Positions 1-6,459 of a stretch of DNA of 14,784 bases are shown here, piece after piece. The stretch lies in NCBI GenBank assembly GCA_004212155.1, contig RXIG01000025.1, forward strand, positions 1 through 14,784, written 5' to 3'. The position numbers were made by a program, and so were the translations under genes. Under the pieces are notes generated by a model. The model saw nothing but the letters and a program-made list of their open reading frames with translations. It was not told the DNA's origin and did not search any database. Position 1 is the first letter of the stretch. Each line of letters begins with the position of its first letter. Origin of the DNA: an archaeon (GTDB taxonomy: Archaea; Methanobacteriota_B; Thermococci; Methanofastidiosales; NM3).

Positions 1-1
1 A

Positions 2-418
2 TTCGGCTATTACCACGTCAGCAGGCTTCATGCGATACTGAAAAACGGCGCTGAGAGCATCGTTGCCCTCGAGAAGGCACATGACAATGCCAATAAGAGC
101 GAGCTACCCATATCACTTTTCATATCATATGAACTGGCGTTTACCTACGAACGCGAGGGGGAGCTGAGAAAGGCGCTTGACTGCTATGAACGACTCGGTG
201 AGGCGCAGGAGCGCGCCGAACGATACTTCCTCGCTGCAGATGCCTACGAGCATGCGGCGGAACTGCGACACGAGATCGGCATGGCCGCAAAGACATACGA
301 ACTGCCCCTCATCGCATGGAAGAAGAACTCCGAGTACTGGGATACAAAGGGAGAAAGTGACGATGCACAGTGGTCAGAGGAACGAAAACGATACTACAAG
401 GCGCTCTACCGGCAGTAA
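2..418 (+). CDS. 5'-truncated TPR-like (alpha-SNAP-like) helical repeat protein, C-terminal 138 aa
   Basis: Frame +2 is open from the window edge to TAA at 416-418 and is absent from the ORF track. It translates FGYYHVSRLHAILKNG...ELAFTYEREGELRKALDCYERLGEAQERAERYFLAADAYEHAAELRHEIG...RYYKALYRQ*, with TPR-type LA..Y...G....A...Y and AA.AYE.AA patterns. Confidence 0.8.
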   Translation, partial: FGYYHVSRLHAILKNGAESIVALEKAHDNANKSELPISLFISYELAFTYEREGELRKALDCYERLGEAQERAERYFLAADAYEHAAELRHEIGMAAKTYELPLIAWKKNSEYWDTKGESDDAQWSEERKRYYKALYRQ

Positions 419-1454
419 GCTCACCGTGCTCTTCCACGGCCCAGCGGTCTTTGACGAGGGCCATGCCAAGCATGTGATAGGGCTCTTCCCGGACGCCCGA
501 TTCTACCAGGCGGGCACGATGGGGCGCACGGCGGCCTACGACCATCATCTCGACGAGGTGACATCCATTCCCGACCTTCCGGGAAAGGTCATACGCGAAC
601 TCGATTGTGATTATCTCCTTATCGTCATACGGCCCAAATCGCTCCATTCGGGCAAAAGCTTCGTGCGCATGATCTTAGACCATGCGCGCCTTTCGATCCC
701 CGTCATGCATGTCGACTGCGCAAACGGCATCTACGTGCGCTGGCAGGGGGAGATGCCGCGCCACGTCACATCGAGTCTATCGGACGAGGGATACGTAGAG
801 GGGTCGGCCATATCGCTTGCACCCACCATAGAACGCAACGGTCCGAAGGTCACGCGCCATCTCCAGTCGTGCGACATCGGCGACTACGTCCTGTGTAACA
901 ACATCCTCATCGGCACGGCGCTTGATACGTCTGTATCGATAACGACCGTCGATGAGCGCATCGTTGCCACGAGCGGCATCGACGTGAAAGAGCATGGCCT
1001 GGAAAAGCTCGACCGTGTCGACCTCGTCAACGCCAAATGTTGTTCGACCCCCATGCTTCGCGGTTCAAAGGTCGTCCCGCGTGTTACCGATGCGGTGGGC
1101 ACGGGCATTGCCTTCATCGACCATTGCGGCGCTGACGTCTATTCGCTCGCCGATGCGTGCGCGGGGGCAGTGACCGTCGGCGACGACACGTCGCGCATCG
1201 TGGGCGACATCCTCTACCGCTTCTCGATACCCGTCTATGCGATAACGGACGGCGACTGGGACGGGCTCCTGGCGCACGAGCGATTTGCCGCAGGCTCCGT
1301 CGTCGTCGAGGTCGACCACGACGATAATGCGGGAAAACAGGTCCACGAACACATTTTCAGGGGAAATTGCAGGCTTGCGCTCTCTTTCAAGGACGTTCGT
1401 GAACGGATCGATGCGCTCCTGGATAGAAACATTTTAAAATGCAAAGTGTACTAG
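363..1454 (+). CDS. DUF2117 (COG4069-like) uncharacterised archaeal protein
   Basis: Motifs FHGPAVFDEG, AGTMGRTA, VKEHGLEKL, FIDH, VTVGDDT and ITDGDWD match DUF2117 as I recall it. The track start at 177 overlaps the upstream frame-2 gene by about 240 nt and gives a junk-like N-terminus. ATG 363 or GTG 426 is more plausible; the start is uncertain. Confidence 0.8.
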   Translation: MHSGQRNENDTTRRSTGSKLTVLFHGPAVFDEGHAKHVIGLFPDARFYQAGTMGRTAAYDHHLDEVTSIPDLPGKVIRELDCDYLLIVIRPKSLHSGKSFVRMILDHARLSIPVMHVDCANGIYVRWQGEMPRHVTSSLSDEGYVEGSAISLAPTIERNGPKVTRHLQSCDIGDYVLCNNILIGTALDTSVSITTVDERIVATSGIDVKEHGLEKLDRVDLVNAKCCSTPMLRGSKVVPRVTDAVGTGIAFIDHCGADVYSLADACAGAVTVGDDTSRIVGDILYRFSIPVYAITDGDWDGLLAHERFAAGSVVVEVDHDDNAGKQVHEHIFRGNCRLALSFKDVRERIDALLDRNILKCKVY

Positions 1455-1472
1455 TACATCTACCTATGCTAC

Positions 1473-1530
1473 TATATAAAAATCTACTTTTGGCATGAGG
1501 CTATTGACCACTTTTTTCGTATAGGGTGAT
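1473..1530 (+). promoter_or_regulatory. TATA box (TATATAAA 1473-1480) and RBS (GGTGAT 1525-1530) for the small ORF at 1534
   Basis: Archaeal-type TATA in an AT-rich gap. GGTGAT-N3-GTG has the same spacing as GGTGAT-N3-ATG at 3203-3214. Confidence 0.55.
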
Positions 1531-1533
1531 CAT

Positions 1534-1638
1534 GTGGGTAAAACGTTTAAGGACCAACGAAAAGGCGACGTAAGGCGAAAAAAATTCTCAAAACGACGAA
1601 GTTTTGGCATTGATGAGGATTTTTTCCTAGAAATGTAA
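1534..1638 (+). CDS. Putative 34-aa basic small protein MGKTFKDQRKGDVRRKKFSKRRSFGIDEDFFLEM
   Basis: GTG start 3 nt after a GGTGAT RBS, upstream TATA, TAA stop at 1636-1638. It fills an otherwise empty ~290-nt gap and is below the ORF-track size cutoff. Confidence 0.6.
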   Translation: MGKTFKDQRKGDVRRKKFSKRRSFGIDEDFFLEM

Positions 1639-1704
1639 CGAGGCTCGGGGGCAGTGCTCTGCGTTCTATCGATTTCGGTGATCTAAGTTAGCAATGGAGA
1701 CATA

Positions 1705-1718
1705 GAAAAGTATAAATT
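1705..1718 (+). promoter_or_regulatory. BRE-TATA (GAAAAG-TATAAATT) of the histidine kinase gene, probably leaderless
   Basis: Purine-rich BRE directly followed by a TATA starting at 1711. The GTG start is 30 nt downstream and has no RBS. Confidence 0.55.
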
Positions 1719-1740
1719 CAACGATACTGACTCACATACT

Positions 1741-3033
1741 GTGAGAAGTTACCAAACGGTCCTTCTCAAGATCCTCGAGATCTCGGAGGAGATGCGGGCG
1801 AATCTTGAGCTTGACGAGCTTTTTGACATAGTTTGCAAGGCGATCACCGAGGAGTTGCAGTGGCAGCAGGCCATTATCGTACTCAGGGACATCGATTCGA
1901 AGACCTCGCGCCCAATGGCAGCCCGCGGCATGCCCGAGCATATCCGTCAAAAGATACTTTCGTCCCCTCCGTCACGATGGACGCAATGGTACAAGATACC
2001 GGAGTTCCAGGTCTCCAATTCATACTACGTGCGCAATCTCCACGACCATATGGACATCGTGCCCGAGGAGCTCTATCAGCGCATGGAGGTCGGCAACCAC
2101 ATCACGCGCGATAAGTCCAAGTGGCAGGGTGACGACTTTCTCATGATACCCATCCGTGCCGAGGAGGAATGGGTGGGCATGATCAATGTTGACAATCCCT
2201 CTGACGGCCTCGCACCAAACGAGGAGGACATCAAGATGCTCGAGCTCTTTGCCAACCAGGTCTCCATCGCCATCAGGAACGCAAAGGCGTTCGAGAAACA
2301 AAAGGACTTCAACAGGCAACTTGCGCGCGAGGTCGAAAAGAAAACGAAGCTCCTGGAGGAGCAGTACCTCGAGCTCCAGACCTACATCTCATCGCTCACC
2401 CACGACCTCAAGACGCCGATCGTGTCGATCAATGCCATGGTGGGCGTGCTCAAGGAGGAGCTCGACACCGACTGCTCAGAAGAGGCGCACTACCTTCTCG
2501 ACAGGCTTACCAAGAACGCCGAACGCATGAGCAAGATCCTGCACGATCTTATCGCCTACTACAACATCCAGAAGACGTCGATGAGAAAGGACCACATCGA
2601 TACGAGAGAGATCATCATGGACGAGTTCTACCGCGCACGGGACATATATCCTGAGAAGGTGGCAACGATCACGCTTGAGGGCTACTTTCCAACCATCTGC
2701 CAGTCAAAGCTTGCGTTCTCGCTCATCGTAGGCAACCTCTTCACAAACGCGCTGAAGTTCTCAAAGCCTGAAGAGAACGCGCACGTGACGGTCCGCGTGA
2801 GAAAGGAGAAGTCGCGCTACGTGTTCTCCGTTGCGGACAATGGCATCGGGTTTGACATGAAATACCTCGACCGTATCTTCAAGCTCTTCGAACGGCTTGC
2901 CGACAAGCGCACCGAGGGCACGGGCATCGGCCTTGCCACGGTCAAGAAGATGACCGAGAAGATGGGCGGCTCCGTATGGGCAGAGAGCAAGGTCGGCGAG
3001 GGTGCAACGTTTCACTTCACCGTCCCCGTGTGA
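1741..3033 (+). CDS. Cytoplasmic GAF-domain sensor histidine kinase (GAF - coiled coil - HisKA - HATPase_c)
   Basis: GAF-like N-terminus (LELDELFDIVCKAI...FLMIPIR...VGMINVD...DIKMLELFANQVSIAIRNA). H box LTHDLKTPIVSI, N box NLFTNALKF, G1 DNGIGF, F box IFKLFER, G2 GTGIGLA. No transmembrane helix is seen. Confidence 0.95.
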   Translation: MRSYQTVLLKILEISEEMRANLELDELFDIVCKAITEELQWQQAIIVLRDIDSKTSRPMAARGMPEHIRQKILSSPPSRWTQWYKIPEFQVSNSYYVRNLHDHMDIVPEELYQRMEVGNHITRDKSKWQGDDFLMIPIRAEEEWVGMINVDNPSDGLAPNEEDIKMLELFANQVSIAIRNAKAFEKQKDFNRQLAREVEKKTKLLEEQYLELQTYISSLTHDLKTPIVSINAMVGVLKEELDTDCSEEAHYLLDRLTKNAERMSKILHDLIAYYNIQKTSMRKDHIDTREIIMDEFYRARDIYPEKVATITLEGYFPTICQSKLAFSLIVGNLFTNALKFSKPEENAHVTVRVRKEKSRYVFSVADNGIGFDMKYLDRIFKLFERLADKRTEGTGIGLATVKKMTEKMGGSVWAESKVGEGATFHFTVPV

Positions 3034-3055
3034 ACACTTCATCAAGAAATGTTCA
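3031..3055. promoter_or_regulatory. Inverted repeat TGAACA-N13-TGTTCA at the kinase stop codon (terminator hairpin or operator)
   Basis: TGAACA 3031-3036 pairs with TGTTCA 3050-3055, with inner TTC/GAA pairing. Confidence 0.3.
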
Positions 3056-3066
3056 TATCGTGCCCC

Positions 3067-3211
3067 TGGAACGGAAATGAACGATTTGAAACATTTATAA
3101 TCATTTTATTTTCATAAAAATACTTAATATTATCTGTTATTTTATATTTTTAATTAATATTTAAGGTAAAACTTATATATAAAGAAATAATTATCTATTT
3201 TTGGTGATATA
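3067..3211 (+). promoter_or_regulatory. AT-rich promoter region of the secreted-protein gene: phased AAC repeats, two TATA candidates and an RBS
   Basis: GGAAC, TGAAC and GAAAC end at 3072, 3082 and 3092. TATA candidates are TTTATAA 3094-3100 and TTATATAT 3173-3180. RBS GGTGAT lies at 3203-3208. Confidence 0.6.
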
Positions 3212-4414
3212 ATGAAGAAATATGGATTATTGTTTATCGCAATGCTCTTCGTAGCCAGCACCCCATTCATCATGGGTGAGGAAGGGCAGACCGAGGACAT
3301 CGCGCTGCTTGTCTCGGACAACCTGGCGGATTCCGCGGTCGCCGAAAGCATCGCAAGCCAATATGCCTCCATATCAATATACTATATTGAGTGGGGCGTC
3401 TACGACCAGTCGGTCGTCGATGCGATCCTGGAGCAATCGCCCACGAAGGTCATCATACTCGGTGGCCCCATGGCGGTCGTTACCGAGGTCGAAGAGGCGC
3501 TTTCCGACCTTGACGTCGAGCGCATAGGCGGCATGGACCGTGAGGAGACGAGCCTCATGGCGATGCAGCAGTTTACCAACAGGTACACCCAACGAAACAG
3601 GGTCGTCGTGGCAAACGGTGCTGATGAGGCGTCAATCGCACTTGCGCTCAAGTCGAGCCTCAATGCGGGATGTCCGATGGTCTTTGACGATGGCACGGGT
3701 CTTGGCGCCTCCCAGCGCTCACAGCTCGAGGACACGGGCATCACGTCCATCGGCCGTGCAGGTCAAGGCCAGGGTCATGGGCAGGATGAGTCCGTCGACG
3801 AACAATCCCTGCAACAGTATGCACAGGAAGCCATGACCGCCGCAGAGGAAGCGCTCAACTCGCTTGCCGCGGGCGATGGCGACGATGCCTCCACCGCGTT
3901 CACCGTGCTCCATGCCAACGCCATACGCAAGCTCGAGAGCGCACGGAACGCATACGAGGAAGGCAACTACGGTCGTGCGTTTGGCCTCGCACACGCGGCA
4001 CAGTCCATGGCGCAAAACGCTCTGAGGAAGGGCCCGGGGGAGAACCCCACGATGGGCAATCTCGCCACCAAGGCCGAGGACTGGCTCGAGACTGTGACAG
4101 CGATGTATGACGAGGCCCGTGAGGAATACGCGTCGGCAGAGGACCCTGACGAGGATGTCGGCGCACTGCTTGACAGCGCCGCTGAATACATCGCTTCCGC
4201 CACAACATGCTTTGAGGCGGGAGACTACCAGTGCACGATAAGCGAGCTTGCACTCGCCAAGGCAGACATACAGCGAGCAAAGAGCGGGCTTGGCAACGGC
4301 AATGGACAGGGTGGTCCATCAAATCCAGGAAATAACGTGCCCTCCGAGACGCCGGGCAATGGTGCACCCCCCGAGAATCCGGGCAATGGCAACGGCGGGG
4401 GCAACAAGCCATAG
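3212..4414 (+). CDS. Secreted protein with cell-wall-binding repeat 2 (CW_binding_2/COG2247-like) domain, acidic helical C-terminal repeats and a Gly/Asn/Pro-rich tail
   Basis: Signal peptide MKKYGLLFIAMLFVASTPFIMG. CWB2-like signature VIILGGPMAV..EVEEAL....VERIGGMDREETS...VVVANG. Two helical units contain YEEGNYGRA and FEAGDYQCT. The tail has PGN repeats. Clear RBS. Confidence 0.8.
   Translation: MKKYGLLFIAMLFVASTPFIMGEEGQTEDIALLVSDNLADSAVAESIASQYASISIYYIEWGVYDQSVVDAILEQSPTKVIILGGPMAVVTEVEEALSDLDVERIGGMDREETSLMAMQQFTNRYTQRNRVVVANGADEASIALALKSSLNAGCPMVFDDGTGLGASQRSQLEDTGITSIGRAGQGQGHGQDESVDEQSLQQYAQEAMTAAEEALNSLAAGDGDDASTAFTVLHANAIRKLESARNAYEEGNYGRAFGLAHAAQSMAQNALRKGPGENPTMGNLATKAEDWLETVTAMYDEAREEYASAEDPDEDVGALLDSAAEYIASATTCFEAGDYQCTISELALAKADIQRAKSGLGNGNGQGGPSNPGNNVPSETPGNGAPPENPGNGNGGGNKP
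4289..4411 (+). repeat. Low-complexity coding repeat, (N/T)PGN and GNGNG units
   Basis: Protein tail LGNGNGQGGPSNPGNNVPSETPGNGAPPENPGNGNGGGNKP; the DNA repeats ccgggcaatgg and ggcaacggc. Confidence 0.6.
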
Positions 4415-4420
4415 AAATGC

Positions 4421-4452
4421 TTTAATATCTCTCTTTCCTTTCTTTTTGTGAT
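4421..4452 (+). promoter_or_regulatory. Pyrimidine tract (possible terminator) with a TATA-like TTTAATAT and a GTGAT RBS
   Basis: The sequence tttaatatctctctttcctttctttttgtgat lies between the stop at 4414 and the ATG at 4456. Confidence 0.35.
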
Positions 4453-4455
4453 ACC

Positions 4456-5307
4456 ATGAGGAGAATGTACGCAGCAGTTATTTTCATACTTCTTCTCATG
4501 TTGTGTTCCTTTCCCTGTGCACGTGCCCAGGACCCCTATTCCATATTATCATATGAGGCTACGGTCTTCCCGTCGGCCGAAGGCAGCGTCGAGGAAGATC
4601 TCTCCATCGAGCTTGACGTCTCCTCTGTGACCGATTTCACAGTCACTTTTGCATATCCCGTCGAGGGAGTCATGGTGAGCGTCGATGGCATACCTGCGAC
4701 GTTTGACATCGTCACCGAGGGTCAGGCATCAACGATTATCATTCCCACTTTGGAGCCGGGCGTTCATCGTATAGACATATCCTTCCGGTCGATGATGCTC
4801 TCTCGTGTCTCTGACCAGAAGCTCGTCTACTCTCCCACGTTCAGCTTCAACACTGGTGTTGATCGCTTCATGCTCCGGGTCGTGATGCCCCCAACGCTAT
4901 TCCTGTCGACACCCCTGACGCCAGAGCCGACTGCCACCTATGCGCAGGGCAACGCCCTCGTCGTCGAGTGGGAGCGCGAGCCTCTCGGGAAGGCGCTCTA
5001 TGTCCTCATCGGGATGCAACATCCATCAGATGAGCATGTCCCATGGTATTACATGCTCGTGCTCGTCGTGCTCTTCCCTTTCGGATGGTACGTGTCGAGA
5101 CGGTATCAGTCTCGTGCTATGCGCTACACCACTGACGAGCAGCTGCTCCTCTCAAAACTTGACGATGGGCCCTTATCGCAACCGGAGCTCGTCGACGCCA
5201 CGTCGTTTTCCAAGGCCAAGGTGTCGCGCATGCTTTCCGACCTTGAGAAAAAAGGTCTTGTGAGCCGCAGGAGATACAGGAACAAAAACATCATCGAGAA
5301 GCTGTGA
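4456..5307 (+). CDS. Membrane-anchored winged-HTH transcriptional regulator (COG2512-like): signal peptide, extracellular beta-rich domain, one TM helix, C-terminal wHTH
   Basis: N-terminal hydrophobic signal ending ARA-QD. TM segment WYYMLVLVVLFPFGWYV is followed by basic SRR. C-terminal wHTH reads TTDEQLLLSKL..GPLSQPELVDATSFSKAKVSRMLSDLEKKGLVSRRRYRNKNII. Confidence 0.85.
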   Translation: MRRMYAAVIFILLLMLCSFPCARAQDPYSILSYEATVFPSAEGSVEEDLSIELDVSSVTDFTVTFAYPVEGVMVSVDGIPATFDIVTEGQASTIIIPTLEPGVHRIDISFRSMMLSRVSDQKLVYSPTFSFNTGVDRFMLRVVMPPTLFLSTPLTPEPTATYAQGNALVVEWEREPLGKALYVLIGMQHPSDEHVPWYYMLVLVVLFPFGWYVSRRYQSRAMRYTTDEQLLLSKLDDGPLSQPELVDATSFSKAKVSRMLSDLEKKGLVSRRRYRNKNIIEKL

Positions 5308-5330
5308 ATCCCCGTGCGGGGCCTGCACAC

Positions 5331-5345
5331 AAAAAGATATTTAAT
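5331..5345 (+). promoter_or_regulatory. BRE-TATA (AAAAAGA-TATTTAAT) of the epimerase gene, probably leaderless
   Basis: The TATA starts at 5338. GTG at 5368 is 30 nt downstream and has no convincing RBS. Confidence 0.5.
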
Positions 5346-5367
5346 GTAGCTCTTGTTACCTTGGTAC

Positions 5368-6435
5368 GTGAAAATCGATACGATCGATGCAACGTTCAAG
5401 AAGATACCGCTCATGACCGCCTTCACCACCGCGACGGGGGGCGTGTCGAATGCTTCATGCTTTTTCGTGCGCATACAGACCGATGCAGGGCTTACCGGTT
5501 ATGGGTGCGGCTACCCGACCTCCATGACCGATGAGAGCGCGCGCACCGCTCAGTTCTTCTTCTCGCAGGCCGAGCGCATCGTGAAGGGCCTCAATCCCAC
5601 ACGCATCGAGGACGTCGAGGGCAAGCTCGAAGCGCTCTCGTATGCGAACCCCTCGGTGAAGTCGGCCATCAACATGGCGTGCTGGGACATCCTTGGAAAG
5701 AAGTATGACGCACCGCTCTACGAGCTGCTTGGATACGACAAGCCGAAGCTCCCCACCTCTGTGACGGTAAGCATCGACTCTCCCGAGTCGATGGCGCGCC
5801 AGGCGGAGTTCTGGGTCAAGAAGGGTTTTTTCATCCTCAAGCTCAAGCTTGGAAGCGATGCGGACGCCAACATCGCGTCCGTTCGCGACGTGCGCGAAGC
5901 GGTGGGCGAGGGGGTGACCCTCAGGGTCGATGCCAACGGCGCCATGTCGCTTGCCGATGCTCGGCGGTTCCTCGATGCGGCATCAGCCTTTGGGATTGAG
6001 TTCGTCGAGCAACCCGTCTCCACCCTCGATGAGATGTGCGCCCTTGCCTCGACATCGCCCATACGCATCGCTGCCGACGAGACGATCGGCGGGCTTCACG
6101 ACTTCCCTGACCTGCTCTCGCGTCAGGCGTTCCATGTGGCAACGCTAAAGCTCAACAAGCTCGGCGGCATCAGCCCAGCGCTCAAGGTCGTCGGCATGGC
6201 CGAGGCCGCAACCGTCCCGTGCATGATGGGCTGCATGGCCGAGAACGCCATATCCATCGCCGCATCGCTACACGTGGCGCTCGCGCGCAGGAACGTGAAG
6301 TATATCGACCTTGACACATTCATGTTCCTCAAGCACCAGCCTGCCGAGGGCGTCAAGGTGAAAAGAGGGATGATGCAGCCGCGTCACGCGCCCGGGCTTG
6401 GCGTCGACGTTGACAAGAAGCTATTCAAAAAATAA
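5368..6435 (+). CDS. Dipeptide epimerase (L-Ala-D/L-Glu epimerase type; enolase superfamily, MLE subgroup)
   Basis: KLKLG (KxK), metal ligands DAN/EQP/DE, second lysine in LKLNKLGG, GCMAE and the epimerase DLD motif. Start placed at GTG 5368 (MKIDTI...) rather than TTG 5353. Confidence 0.9.
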   Translation: MKIDTIDATFKKIPLMTAFTTATGGVSNASCFFVRIQTDAGLTGYGCGYPTSMTDESARTAQFFFSQAERIVKGLNPTRIEDVEGKLEALSYANPSVKSAINMACWDILGKKYDAPLYELLGYDKPKLPTSVTVSIDSPESMARQAEFWVKKGFFILKLKLGSDADANIASVRDVREAVGEGVTLRVDANGAMSLADARRFLDAASAFGIEFVEQPVSTLDEMCALASTSPIRIAADETIGGLHDFPDLLSRQAFHVATLKLNKLGGISPALKVVGMAEAATVPCMMGCMAENAISIAASLHVALARRNVKYIDLDTFMFLKHQPAEGVKVKRGMMQPRHAPGLGVDVDKKLFKK

Positions 6436-6459
6436 GAAGGCGTGGGCCGTGCCCACGTC
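6427..6459 (-). terminator. Hairpin between the convergent epimerase and ileS genes, with a T tract on the ileS strand
   Basis: CGTGGGC-cgt-GCCCACG (6441-6457) is a perfect 7-bp stem. On the minus strand it is followed by CCTTCTTATTTTTT. Confidence 0.55.

Noticed and set aside
177-362. N-terminal extension of the 425-aa ORF in the track
   Set aside because: It is an R/S/T-rich off-frame reading of the real frame +2 TPR-like gene; DUF2117 similarity starts only near 417-430.
1532-1573. ATG-started 13-aa ORF MWVKRLRTNEKAT
   Set aside because: The ATG is only 1 nt from the GGTGAT RBS; the GTG frame has the spacing seen at 3212 and a longer product.
1609-1626. PCNA PIP box in the microprotein tail (IDEDFF)
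   Set aside because: It lacks the Gln, and the hydrophobic-to-FF spacing is one residue too long.
3093-3205. Very AT-rich stretch as a replication origin, CRISPR leader or foreign insertion
   Set aside because: No ORB boxes, cdc6, repeat-spacer array, integrase or terminal repeats; it is explained as promoter DNA.
5314-5328. Small hairpin GTGCGG-GGC-CTGCAC after the regulator gene
   Set aside because: Short stem with a G-U pair and no T tract on the plus strand; too weak to call a terminator.
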